Below, one piece after another: positions 37,525 through 49,183 of a DNA stretch of 64,000 nt. The DNA comes from Tubulanus polymorphus. Taxonomy: Eukaryota; Animalia; Nemertea. The notes beneath the pieces were generated by a model. It saw nothing but the letters and a program-made list of their open reading frames with translations. It did not search any database and was not told where the DNA came from. The position numbers and the translations under genes were made by a program. Every line of letters begins with the position of its first letter. The first letter of the stretch is position 1. Location: positions 13,356,850-13,420,849 of the forward strand of contig NC_134029.1 in NCBI RefSeq assembly GCF_964204645.1, written 5' to 3'.

Positions 37525-38956
37525 ATGGATGTAGAAGGTGGAGAAGATATTGGAATGGATCCTTTTGATGAACCTGGTATAAGTGATGAACAACCACCTT
37601 TGATGAATCAAGTTTTAATGACGGTAATGAGCCAGGATATAATAATAATTTAAATATGCCTGATTATATTAAAAATGCAGAATCACAATTAAATCCTGAA
37701 AATTTAGACCCAGATTTAGTAAAACAAGATTTAGATAATTTAAACAAAATACCTAAATTAGAACGTATAATTGAAAAATCTAAACTTAACATAAATGATG
37801 AAGACGTTGGACTTTTAGCAGATCAATTAAAATTTTTAGATAATGGTAAATGTTATTATCGTTTGAAAGGTGATTATTATATTGATATCACTTATAAAAA
37901 TAATAAAAATAAAATATTATCAGAATCAACTTTAGAAAAATTAAAACTAGATAGAATTAAAAGAATAAGTAATAGTAATGAAATAACTGATATTACACAA
38001 AAAGAAATAGATGATAATATAGACGTATTTAAACAAAGAATTAATGAATTATTTGAAATAATCAAAAAGAAATCAGAAACAGAAACAACTTCTGAATAGA
38101 ATATAACTTCCAAAAATAGTAAACTTAAATCAAATAAAGTTCCAATTGAAAAACTTTTACCGAATGGATTACTTGATGCAACAGATCTAGAATTAGAAGA
38201 TTTAGATATATTTTCTGATAAAGCAATTAGAGAAATTATTAGTATAAGACTTGCATCTGATAAAATTGCGCATAATAAAAGTATAAGGGATCAAAAAATT
38301 ATGTATTTGGAAAAGGAATTAACTTATAAAAATAAAGAAATAGAACAATTAAAATTAGATAGAGATAATAAAGTTATTGAAGAAATCGAATTTAAAAAAA
38401 GAAATGCATATTTAGAAAAAGAAATTAATAATTCAAAGGATAATTTAGAAGTACAAAAAGAAGAAATTAAATTATTATAAAAATCATATGATTATAATAT
38501 AAATAGATTAAAAGTTATTTTTAAAGATTTATTGATAAAACCAAATTCTGAAATATCACTGAAAGATAGAATAAAGTTATTATTTAAATTAGAAGGAATA
38601 ACAATTCTTTCAATTCTAACAGCTGTAACTATGTTATTTACAACAATTGGTTTAGCAATATCAAATGCTTTGAAATCTACTCCTACTCCCAATAAACCGG
38701 ATAAACCCCAGATAATAATTCTATACAAGATAAAGTTAAAGATGGTTTAAAGAAATTAGCAAAATATTTATGGGAACTATCTAAAAAATCTGCTGCAGCT
38801 TTACCAGGAATTATTGCATCAATTGTTGGTTTTATATTGAAATCTGCAGGAAACATTATTAACTTTGCTGCTGAACATATTATTTTATTTTTAATTACAG
38901 TTGTAAGTGCTATTATTTTTGGGTTAGTAAATATGATATCAAAAAATATCAAGTAA
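37525..38956 (+). pseudogene. Long variable protein with conserved hydrophobic C-terminus, disrupted
   Basis: Starts MDVEGGEDI in TAAATG; C-terminus (LKDRIKLLFKLEGITILS...ALPGIIASIVG) shared with 44559-44987. Confidence 0.8.
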
Positions 38957-38996
38957 CCATGATAAAAAATAAATAATTAATTTTTTTGTTAAATAA

Positions 38997-40245
38997 ATGA
39001 GTGGGAGTTATATAAGTCCTTCTAAGATTTCTAGAATATCTAATGCTATTAAAGCAGAAAGATCACATCATATAATTACTCATAACCCTTCAAATATTAA
39101 TCCCGATGAAACTTTATATGTTAGAATTCCTAGATTAACACAAAATACTTTTTATGTTCCAAATAGTATTTATTTATCAGCCGATATAAAAGTAACTGGC
39201 CATGATGACAATTATGTTGTTGATAATGTTGGAAGATATTTGATTAAAAAATTAACTATAAAGATTGGTCCGGAAACATTTTTCTCATTAGATGATCATA
39301 ATTTATTTATGCATTATAAAGATTTATGGTTAACTAAAGAAAATAGAAATAATATGATATTTCAGGGTATTCAATCGGAAAACCATAATAAATAAAGATC
39401 AGGAGCTAATGACGCAATAGTAACTCGTGCCACAGATAATTTGATTAAAAAGATTTATGGAAGCAAATATAAAATTCCATTAGACTTTGAATTGATAAGT
39501 AATAATGCACCTTTATATAAATACGCAATTCAAGAAGATATTATATTTGAGATAACATTTGCTCCTGTAAATGAAATTGTATTATCTAGCGTTGTTAAAG
39601 ATATGGGTTATAAATTATCGAATATATGTTTAGAATATAACACAGTAACTAATGAAAATATTGCTAGCACAATTCAAACTCAATACAATCAAGGATTTTC
39701 ATTATTATATGATTATATTGATAAATTTAAAACTGTAACTATTAATGCAAATGATGAAATAATTAATGAGAATATTAACTTCCCAAGAAGATCTATTAAA
39801 GGTATATTAATATTTTTTACAATTGCAACATATTCTAATGGCGCAATAAAGGTAGATAATTATTATAATCCAGAAATAACAAAAGTAGAAATAACTATTG
39901 AAGGAATAGCAAATAAAATATTTTGTCAAGGAATGAGAATGATTGATCAATGGCCAGAAATTAGAAAACATTTTATGAATGAAAAAGTAAAATCATTTGA
40001 AAATTGTAATATTAATCAAATTTATAATTATGCCGGCAATAAATATGCATTATGGTTAGATTTTAGAACAACAGAGGATAATTCATTACATGGTTCTGGG
40101 AAAAAAACTACAGAACACTAAAGATGGAATACAATTATTCATGAAAAAGAAAAGAGGAGACAAAAATTTTAAAATGCACATTTATATTATATCTGACGCG
40201 CAATTAAAGATTGTAAATTCACAATTAGATAGTATTCAATATTAG
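38997..40245 (+). pseudogene. Major capsid protein (probable double jelly-roll), one stop and one frameshift
   Basis: ~415 codons, beta-strand-type composition, duplicated at 43275-44516, adjacent to integrase/ATPase; fold inferred from size and context. Confidence 0.72.
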
Positions 40246-40275
40246 AAATATAAAGTTAAAATTAAGGATATATAA

Positions 40276-41402
40276 ATGGGTGGTAAAAAAACTCCTAATA
40301 CTAAAGAACAATATTTAAGAAATTTATATTACAACACTGAGAGTTCGGTTGCTTATTCTTCTACCGAAAATATATGGCGTCAAGTAAAACAAGATAAATT
40401 AGATAAGATAATCCCACAAAATTTAGTTAAATATAAAGATATAAATGAATTTATGTTAGAACAACCAACATATACAACACATAAAAAAATTGTTAGAAAA
40501 TATAAAACTCGTAAAACTATGGTAAGTTATCTAGATCAACAGTGGCAAGGAGATTTAATTGATATGAAAAATGTTAAGAAAGATAATGATGATTATTGGT
40601 GGATATTGAATATAATTGATATTTTAGTCGTTATGTATGGAGTTTCCCACTTTATAGAAAAGATGCTGTACAAACATCAAATGTTTTAAGAAAATTTCTT
40701 TCGGATGATAAACTAAAACCAGAAAAAATACAATTTGATGATGGAAAAGAGTTTGATAATTCACTTGTTCATGAACTCTTAGACAATCATAATATTAAAT
40801 ATTTTTCAACAAAATCGGATAAAAAAGCGGCAGTTGTTGAACGATTTAATAGAACATTAAGAACAAGAATGTGGAAATATTTTACAGCAAATGATACTTT
40901 TAAATGGATTGATGTTTTACCAAAATTGGTAGAAGGATATAATAATTCTTATCATTCTTCTATTGGAATGAAACCTATTGATGCTAGAAAACCTGAAAAT
41001 GCTGAAATTGTTTGGAATAATTTATATGGAGCATTTCTTGTAGATGATTTTGGTGAACCTAAATTTAAAGTTGGTCAAAATGTTAGAATTTCTAAGTATA
41101 AAAAGATATTTGACAAAGGATACGATCGAAATTTTACTAGGGAAATATATAAAATAAAAAAGGTAATAACAACAAACCCATATGTCTATAAATTAGAAGA
41201 TTTAGATGGTGAAGAAGTTGATGGCTAATTTTACGAAGAAGAATTAAGTTTAACTACTGAAAATCTAGAACAAGAATGTAAAATTGAAAAAGTATTAAAA
41301 ACAAAAACTATTAAAAGAAAAAAATATTCTTTAGTAAAATGGGTTGGATGGCCAGATAAATTCAATGAATGGATATTATCAAGTAAAATTAAAAATATAT
41401 AA
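40276..41402 (+). pseudogene. Retroviral-like (rve) integrase with C-terminal chromodomain
   Basis: WQGDLIDM, IDIFSRY (frameshifted), QFDDGKEF, VERFNRT, YNNSYHSSIGMKP, FKVGQNVRI, tail IEKVLK...LVKWVGWPDKFNEWI. Confidence 0.93.
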
Positions 41403-42014
41403 ATGAATAAAGAATTATTTATATTTGAGTCTCATAATATGTTAATATCTGGTGTAACAAATTGTGGAAAAACTTATTTTATATTAAATTTATTAGAAAC
41501 TGTTTATGAAAACTATTTTGATAATATAGTATTATTTTGCCCAACATATGAATTTAATCAAACTTATGATAGAAATATTACTAGAAATAATAAATTTATT
41601 ATATTAGATCCTAAAACAGTAAAGGAAAATTTAGATAATTGTATTAAAATAGCAATTGATATTTATAAAGGATCAAATAAATTATTCATTATAGATGATT
41701 GTGCTAATCTACATGATTCAAAAGTTAGAGAAAGTGAGTTATGTTATTTAGCTTTCTCTGGGAGACATTTCGGGATAACAACATGGGTTTTAAATCAAAA
41801 ATATAATTCAATTGTTAAAGACTTTAGGGAGAATATAAGATTTCTAGTTTTATTCTACAATAAAGATAGAAAATCCATGCAACAATCATTGGAAGAAAAT
41901 CAAATTATACCTACTGAATTATATGATGAATATATGAATAAATTAAAGAATAATAAAGGTTCAAAATTATTACTGAGACTACAATTTCCATATGAATATA
42001 AATTTATAAAATAA
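41403..42014 (+). CDS. A32/FtsK-like genome packaging ATPase
   Basis: Walker A GVTNCGKT, Walker B LFIIDD, GRH motif, LNQ motif; intact 203 aa. Confidence 0.92.
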   Translation: MNKELFIFESHNMLISGVTNCGKTYFILNLLETVYENYFDNIVLFCPTYEFNQTYDRNITRNNKFIILDPKTVKENLDNCIKIAIDIYKGSNKLFIIDDCANLHDSKVRESELCYLAFSGRHFGITTWVLNQKYNSIVKDFRENIRFLVLFYNKDRKSMQQSLEENQIIPTELYDEYMNKLKNNKGSKLLLRLQFPYEYKFIK

Positions 42015-42029
42015 CTATTTATATACCTA

Positions 42030-42410
42030 TGTATTAGATACCCTATTAGATACCCCAATACCTGATACCCTAATACCTGATACCCTAATACCTGATACCC
42101 TATTAGATACCTTAAATACTTGAAACCCCCTTTTTTAAAATAAATATTATTTATACAATTTTCAACCAATTTATTTTTATTATTTCAACTAATATATGAA
42201 TAAGTTTGAAAATAATAAAGGTTATTTATTATTACTAAGGTTTCAACATAAATTTAAAAAAGAAATATAATTTAAGGTATTTTCAAATAATATGTATTAG
42301 ATATGTATTAGATATGTATTAGATATGTATTAGATACCTTAAATACCTTAAATACTTAAAACCCCCTTTTTATTTTCTATTATTTTATACAATTTTCAAC
42401 TAATATTATT
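42030..42410 (+). repeat. Repeat-rich non-coding junction between copies B and C
   Basis: 15-bp ccctaatacctgata x3, 11-bp atatgtattag x4, and two diverged direct copies of tattagataccttaaatac...aaaccccct...ttatacaattttcaac (~42101 and ~42328). Confidence 0.85.
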
Positions 42411-42435
42411 ATTTGAATTAAATATAATTAATATC

Positions 42436-43242
42436 TTAATCACTTTCACTATCAGACCCTAACAATTTATTCAAACTCACTACCGTATCATCATCAATAG
42501 TTGTTTTATTGTTATACTTATTCATCCTTTCTACCGCATCATCAAAGGTTTCTTCTTTATCTTTCACCAAAAGTGTGCCCACATAATCTTTAATATCAAT
42601 ATCTGTAACTATATCACCATGTGGGTGCCATACGGCACCATTTTCATTATCATCTTTATTAGTGTTTGCTCCTAATATTTCATTTATTGTGTTTGATCCT
42701 AATATTTCATTAGCATCAGTTAAATCTAATTCATCTTTATTAGGTGTTGCTAATAAAAAATCTTCATATAATTCTTTACCATTTACTTTTTTATTTGAAA
42801 CAAATTTTGTAACATATCTAAATGGGTGTTCTATAAATTCTGTTAAACCAACACGTTCTATTACATTGGTAATATGTACCCTTGTATTCATATGTTTATT
42901 CCAATTTGATGGAGCGTTTGAAAATTCACCTTTACAATAATCACAATAATTTCTATTTTCACTAACATTTAATATTATTGCATTATTATATGTAGAAGGT
43001 ATTACATTATTAGATGTAGTAGGTATTACTGTAGTAGGTATTACATTATTATCAATTACATTACTTAAATTATCAACAACTTCACTTTTATTATTATCGA
43101 TTTCTATTAGTTTAGTTTTATAAATTTTGAAAATAGGATCAAATATCAAAGCTATATTACAAGGTATTACATAATATAAACCATCATTATTTTCATGTGT
43201 ATCGATGTATGGAATATGTTTATATACTTTACCACCTTCCAT
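42436..43242 (-). CDS. 268-aa orphan protein with one U1/matrin-type zinc finger and acidic tail
   Basis: TAAATG start, open frame, CDYC...HMNTRVH, short NNVIPT repeats. Confidence 0.75.
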   Translation of the reverse strand: MEGGKVYKHIPYIDTHENNDGLYYVIPCNIALIFDPIFKIYKTKLIEIDNNKSEVVDNLSNVIDNNVIPTTVIPTTSNNVIPSTYNNAIILNVSENRNYCDYCKGEFSNAPSNWNKHMNTRVHITNVIERVGLTEFIEHPFRYVTKFVSNKKVNGKELYEDFLLATPNKDELDLTDANEILGSNTINEILGANTNKDDNENGAVWHPHGDIVTDIDIKDYVGTLLVKDKEETFDDAVERMNKYNNKTTIDDDTVVSLNKLLGSDSESD

Positions 43243-43274
43243 TTATTATATAAATATCTATTAAAGTTAAAATT

Positions 43275-44516
43275 TTAATACATAACACTATGAAATTGTG
43301 AATTCACAATATTTAATTGCGCGTCAGATATAATATAAATATGCATTTTGAAATTTAGGCTTCCCTTTTTCTTTGTCATGAATAATTGTATTCCATCTTT
43401 TGTATTTTGTAATTTTTTTCCAGAACCATGTAATGAATTATCCTCTGTTGTTCTAAAATCTAACCATAATGCATATTTATTACCGGTATAATAATCAATT
43501 TGATTAATATTACAATTTTCAGATGATTTTACTTTTTCATTCATAAAATGTTTTCTAATTTCTGGCCACTGATCAATCATTCTCATTCCTTGACAAAATA
43601 TTTTATTTGCTATTCCTTCGATAGTTATTTCTACTTTTGTTATTTCAGGATTATAATAATTATCAACATTTATTGCGCCATTAGTATATGTTGCAATTGT
43701 AAAAAAATATTAATATACCTTTAATAGATCTTCTTGGGAAGTTAATATTCTCATTAATTATTTCATCATTTGCATTAATAGTTACAGTTTTAAATTTATC
43801 AATATAATCATATAATAATGAAAATCCTTGATTGTATTTAGTTTGAATTATACTTGAAATATTTTCATCAGTTACTGTATCATATTCTAAACATATATTC
43901 GATAATTTATAACCCATATCTTTAACAACGCTACAATTTCATTTACAGGAGCAAATGTTATTTCGAATATAACATCTTCTTGAATTGCATATTTATATAA
44001 AGGTGCATTGTTATTTATCAATTCAAAGTCTAATGGAATTTTAAATTTGCTTCCATAAATCTTTTTTATCAAATTATCTATAGCATTAGTTAATATTGCA
44101 TTATGCGCTTCTGATCTTAATTTATTTTGGTTTTCTGATTGGATTCCTTGAAATATCATATTATTTCTATTTTCTTTAGTTAACCATAAATCTTTATAAT
44201 GCATAAATAAATTATAATCATCTAATGAGAAAACTGTTTCTGGTCCAATCTTTATTGTTAATTTTTTAATCAAATATCTCCCAACATTATCAACAACATA
44301 ATTATTATTATAACCGATTACTTTTATATCGGCCGATAAATAAATACTATTTGGAACATAAAAAGTATTTTGTGTTAATCGAGGAATTCTAACATATAAA
44401 GTTTCATCGGGATTAATATTTGAAGGATTATGAGTAATTATATGATGTGATCTTTCTGCTTTAATAGCATTAGATATTCTAGAAATCTTAGAAGGACTTA
44501 TATAACTCCCACCCAT
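43275..44516 (-). pseudogene. Major capsid protein, two frameshifts
   Basis: Fragments 43887, 43681, 43275 match 38997-40245. Confidence 0.72.
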
Positions 44517-44558
44517 TTATTTAACAAAAAAAAATTAATTATTTATTTTCTATCATGG

Positions 44559-46279
44559 TTACTTGATATTTTTTGATATCATATTTACTAATCCAAAAAT
44601 AATAGCACTTACAACTGTAATTAAAAATAAAATAATATGTTCAGCAGCAAAGTTAAGAATATTCCCAGCAGATTTCAATATAAAACCAACAATTGATGCA
44701 ATAATTCCTGGTAAAGCTGCAGCAGATTTTTTAGATAGTTCCCATAAATATTTTGCTAATTTCTTTAAACCATCTTTAACTTTATCTTGTATAGAACTAT
44801 TATCTGGGGGTTTATCCGGTTTATTGGGAGTAGGAGTAGATTTTAAAGCATTTGATATAGCTAAACCATTTGTTGTAAATAACATAGTTACAGCTGTTAG
44901 AATTGAAAGAATTGTTATTCCTTCTAATTTAAATAATAATTTTATTCTATCTTTCAATGATATTTCAGAATTTGGTTTTATCAACAAATCTTTAAAAATA
45001 ACTTTTAATTTTTTAATATGATTAAGATCATATGATTTTAATAATGTATCTCTTTCTTTTTCCTGTAATTCTTTGTTATATTTTAAATCATCTATTTCTT
45101 TTTCTAAAGCTAACTATCTGCTTTCATAATCAGCTTCCTCGATTAATTGAAGATCTCTATTTAATTCTAATTGTTTTAATTCTTCATTTGCATTAGTTAA
45201 TTCTTTTTCTAACATGGTTATTTTAGAAAATCTCATCTTAATATTAGCAATTTCACCAGCTGATTCTTGCCTACCTTTAATTTCTCTACGTGCTTGTTCA
45301 GGAAATGCTTCTAATTCATCATCAGTTAAATCAAGTAATCCTTTTTCTAGTAAAGATTGTATTCGATTTATTCCAGTTTCAGAACCAGATGTATCTGTTA
45401 TACTATTCATAAGTTCTTCTGAATCTCTTAATCTATCAATTTGTTTTTCAAATGTCAATTGTAATTGACTTGAATCATTATCAATTTGTTGAGTGTCTCT
45501 TCTCGATGTTTCGGGCGTTGAAGATCTTAATTTATCTAATCGATTTGCAAAATCTTCATCAGTTTCTGGATCAACATCAGTAGGATTTGGATTTGGATTT
45601 TTAAATGGTGAATATTTGTTTATATCAATATTAGGAATTGGTTCCTCTTCATTTATTCTATCGATTGCATTCCATATAATTCTGAGAAATTCTCTACCAC
45701 CTTTTGAACCTTCAATTGTAGATAATGCTCGCATTCCAGGTTCAAAAATATTTTCTTGACCCATTCTAGATAATTGAATTGATACAGTATTCCTATTTAA
45801 TTCAAGATTATAATACCATGAATCATTTTTAAATTCTAAATTATTCGTGAAATATGGGTCATCTTTAAAAATTTGTTCTACAACATCTTCAGTATCAATT
45901 TCATCTATTACAACTTTTGGTAATAATTCGTTAACAAGTGTATCTGTTACTCTAGATTTCATTCTATATAATTCCATAGGTTTATCAGGATATTTTTCTT
46001 GTTGTTTTTCTAATAGTTCCATAAATTCTTTTCTTTCTCTTCTAGTTGAAATTCTACCACTTTCAGGAGCTTTTAAATATTTATTTAATTTTTCACGTAA
46101 TTCGGAATTAATTCCATCATAATCATCATCATAATCATCATCTTCACCTTAATTAGTATTATATTCTGGCTCATTACCGTCATTAAAACTTGTTTCACTA
46201 AAATCAGGTTGTTGTTCATCACTTATACCAGGTTCATCTAAAGGATCCAATGGATATCTTCTCCACCTTCTACATCCAT
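44559..46279 (-). pseudogene. Long variable protein with conserved hydrophobic C-terminus, disrupted
   Basis: Start MDVEGGEDI at 46279; ORF pieces 45114-46022 and 44559-44987. Confidence 0.8.
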
Positions 46280-46295
46280 TTATATAATAAAAAAA

Positions 46296-47684
46296 TTAAG
46301 ATTTAAAATATAATATTCCTCCGATTACAATTCCTATACAAGTTATAGCTAATTTAGCATTTTCATGGGATTTATTATCATCATTAGTTTTAATTATATC
46401 ATGTTGAATAATATCAGTTTTTATATTTTCTGATGTATTGTAATCTTTTATTTTAGAATCATTATTTAATGTAATATTCTTAGTTTTAGTTTCAGTTGAT
46501 TGAATGTGTTTTTTATTTTTTTCACCTTCCATTAATTTTGGAGCAGTAATTATCTTTTTATTTATATCATTCAATCCAAATGAATTATTTATTGTTGCAG
46601 TTTTAATTAGATTATTATAACCAATTATATTTCCCATCTTTAATACTAAATCATTAGAAATAATTAATAGATTAGGGCCTATACAATAATTTAATCTAAT
46701 ATGTGATTTATCTAAATAATTTTGATATCTTATAATGTTTTCTGGAATCGATCTATTTTTATCATTATGTATAGAATCTTCAAATAATACTTTAAATTGT
46801 TTTTGTGTATCAAATGATGTATTTAAATTTCCAATTATTGGGGATCTTGTTTCAACTTGCGCACCTAAAATACATATCAAATAAGTTCTAATTGATTGAT
46901 TTATTCTTTGTATACCGGCTTTAGTAAAACCTTCATTATTTTCTAAAATGAAATAAACCCAACCATTATTGTTTTCTTGTTTTAAATTATCATAAAATGT
47001 CGGTAATTTATTGAAATTTAATGTTTCTAAATCCTTAGTTTCTATTTTACCATAACCTAATTTATTACTATAGATATTATACAAACTATTAGATGGTATG
47101 GGAAGTGCACAATATGCTGCAATCTTTTTAGGGCAAGGAAGTGATCTTATTGTTCCAATTTTTGTTCTAAAATCAGAATTATTTATATCTATATTAAATT
47201 CATTACAAATTTTATAAAACTTTGATAAATTAATATTATTATCTAATTCTTTAAAATATCTAGATCCTGGTAAAGCGCACTCTAATTCATTTAATATTAT
47301 TCTGATTTGAAAGTATGTATGAAATCTAAATAAACTTTGAATTAATTTATATTTAGAATTATTCAAATGATCATTCCAACTAATTCCACATCCTGTTGTT
47401 GCACAATAAACAGCAAAATTGATTTGGTTCTGCCAATACTTCATATTAGATTTTAATAACCATTGTTTTTCATCTTTCAATTTTTTTAAATTAATTAAAT
47501 ATACATGAAATATATTTTCCATCTTTGCATTAAAATTATTAGTTTCAGTAACATAAATTTCTAAATTAGTTAATGAATCTAAAACTTCATTTCTATATGT
47601 AATATCTTTATTAAAATCTATTGCTGGAATATTATATTTAATTGATTTATTATATTGGAAAGCTTTTGGAAAACTATCTGCCAT
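46296..47684 (-). CDS. 462-aa conserved Polinton protein with C-terminal membrane anchor, function unknown
   Basis: Intact ORF; homologues in A and B. Confidence 0.88.
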   Translation of the reverse strand: MADSFPKAFQYNKSIKYNIPAIDFNKDITYRNEVLDSLTNLEIYVTETNNFNAKMENIFHVYLINLKKLKDEKQWLLKSNMKYWQNQINFAVYCATTGCGISWNDHLNNSKYKLIQSLFRFHTYFQIRIILNELECALPGSRYFKELDNNINLSKFYKICNEFNIDINNSDFRTKIGTIRSLPCPKKIAAYCALPIPSNSLYNIYSNKLGYGKIETKDLETLNFNKLPTFYDNLKQENNNGWVYFILENNEGFTKAGIQRINQSIRTYLICILGAQVETRSPIIGNLNTSFDTQKQFKVLFEDSIHNDKNRSIPENIIRYQNYLDKSHIRLNYCIGPNLLIISNDLVLKMGNIIGYNNLIKTATINNSFGLNDINKKIITAPKLMEGEKNKKHIQSTETKTKNITLNNDSKIKDYNTSENIKTDIIQHDIIKTNDDNKSHENAKLAITCIGIVIGGILYFKS

Positions 47685-47700
47685 TTATATAACTAAAAAA

Positions 47701-48135
47701 TTAATAATTAACTAATTGTTTTAATAATTTATCTTGTTCTTCAACTGTTATATGACCATTTAAACTTATGATATAATCTAGTGTATTCTTTAATTTATTA
47801 ATTTCTTTTATATTAGTTTTAATTTTTTCTTTATTACTTTTTATATTTAATTTTGAACTTATACCAGTTAAAACACTTGAACTTAATCCTAACACACCAA
47901 TTGATTTAGCTAAAGGTGTTAATGGACTGAATATTGCTAGAAATGTTATTACAGAACTAATTGTAACCGAACCACTAATAATCAAATAATATATAATTTT
48001 ACTTTTTAAATATTTTTTCTTTTTAACTTTTAAATCATTTTCAAATTCTAATATTTGTTTTTCTAAATATATTTTTAATTTAGTTTTATTTATATCATGA
48101 GGAATAATATCATTATTATCAACTTTATCTTCCAT
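47701..48135 (-). CDS. 144-aa predicted membrane protein
   Basis: Intact; three copies. Confidence 0.85.
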   Translation of the reverse strand: MEDKVDNNDIIPHDINKTKLKIYLEKQILEFENDLKVKKKKYLKSKIIYYLIISGSVTISSVITFLAIFSPLTPLAKSIGVLGLSSSVLTGISSKLNIKSNKEKIKTNIKEINKLKNTLDYIISLNGHITVEEQDKLLKQLVNY

Positions 48136-48153
48136 TTATTTAGAAAAAAATTA

Positions 48154-48576
48154 CTAATTAGTAAACTTATAAGCAACAAATATAACAATAACAGTTCCGC
48201 CTAAAATCCAAATTATTTCATATTTCTGTTGTTCTTTACTTGGGGTATAATAATCTGATAATTTAGGTTTGTATAGATGTAATTTTTCTTTATTTGTTAC
48301 TACGTTATATAAACTCATTGCATCATCAACTGATTGAAAATCTCTATGTGAAATCTTCTGATCATATAATTCTTTATTGATGTAATCCATATCGTTTTGT
48401 CTTTTTTCTCTATATTCTTCTGCAGCTTTATTGTATTTCTCTAACGCTAAGTTATGTCTTCTTTGTTCTCCTAATGAACTATTTTTATCAATATGTTTAA
48501 ATAAATAACCACCACCAGTAAATGCTAAAGCGTTAACAATTGCCGATCCTATAATAGTTATAATTGCAGAAGCCAT
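48154..48576 (-). CDS. 140-aa protein with hydrophobic termini
   Basis: Intact; three copies. Confidence 0.85.
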   Translation of the reverse strand: MASAIITIIGSAIVNALAFTGGGYLFKHIDKNSSLGEQRRHNLALEKYNKAAEEYREKRQNDMDYINKELYDQKISHRDFQSVDDAMSLYNVVTNKEKLHLYKPKLSDYYTPSKEQQKYEIIWILGGTVIVIFVAYKFTN

Positions 48577-48602
48577 TTATTTAGCAAAAAAAAATTATGC
48601 AT

Positions 48603-48824
48603 TTATATGGGAGGAATATATTTTTGCTTTTCTAAATAATCAATAGTTAAATTAGATAAAGTAACTGCTAATGTTAATTTTAAAATAACATTTATATCAA
48701 ATCTATCAACATTAACACTTCCCATTTTAAATACTTTTTTTAATACCATTGAATAACCAACAGTTCCAACTGATAGTAATGCTCCATTATATAATCCAGT
48801 TATTATCCACTTATTATCACTCAT
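48603..48824 (-). CDS. 73-aa small hydrophobic protein
   Basis: Intact; three copies. Confidence 0.85.
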   Translation of the reverse strand: MSDNKWIITGLYNGALLSVGTVGYSMVLKKVFKMGSVNVDRFDINVILKLTLAVTLSNLTIDYLEKQKYIPPI

Positions 48825-49166
48825 TTATTTATCAAAAAAATTACTATCATCAGTATATATAGTTATCTTAGTGATGATTAATTCGACTTTTATTTCATTA
48901 CTACTTTTATGATTATCATATATTTTGGTTAATATATTTTTAATATCATCAATAATTCAATCTTCATTTAATTCATAATATTCTAAAGGTGATTTAATTA
49001 AATCAATTACTTTTTCTATATTACAATTTTCTTTATTAATCATTGATGCATTGTTAAATGATTTACTTTTTATATCAGTAATTACATCATTTAGTTTAAT
49101 TCTCATTTCTTTACCATGTTTAAAATCAAACCCAAAACATATACTCGGTCCAACAGTTATATTCAT
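48825..49166 (-). pseudogene. 118-aa family protein, divergent allele, frameshifted
   Basis: MNITVGPSICFGFDFK start and FFDK end shared with A/B; middle diverged. Confidence 0.78.
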
Positions 49167-49183
49167 TTATATAGTGAAAAAAA

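Larger units (their letters stand above)
27740..42420 (+). mobile_element. Polinton/Maverick-like endogenous virus, copy B (nearly complete gene set, decayed)
   Basis: pPolB, penton, MCP, rve integrase and packaging ATPase in ~14.7 kb; TIRs and TSD not identified. Confidence 0.95.

Noticed and set aside
42030-42345. CRISPR-like array
   Set aside because: Units are contiguous minisatellites without unique spacers; no cas genes; eukaryotic context. ORF 41900-42169 (YQVLG repeats) is just their translation.
44563-46122. Plus-strand ORFs overlapping copy C (also 26684-27142, 38683-38952, 42662-42940, 63012-63386)
   Set aside because: Antisense shadows of identified genes with no motifs or TAAATG starts.
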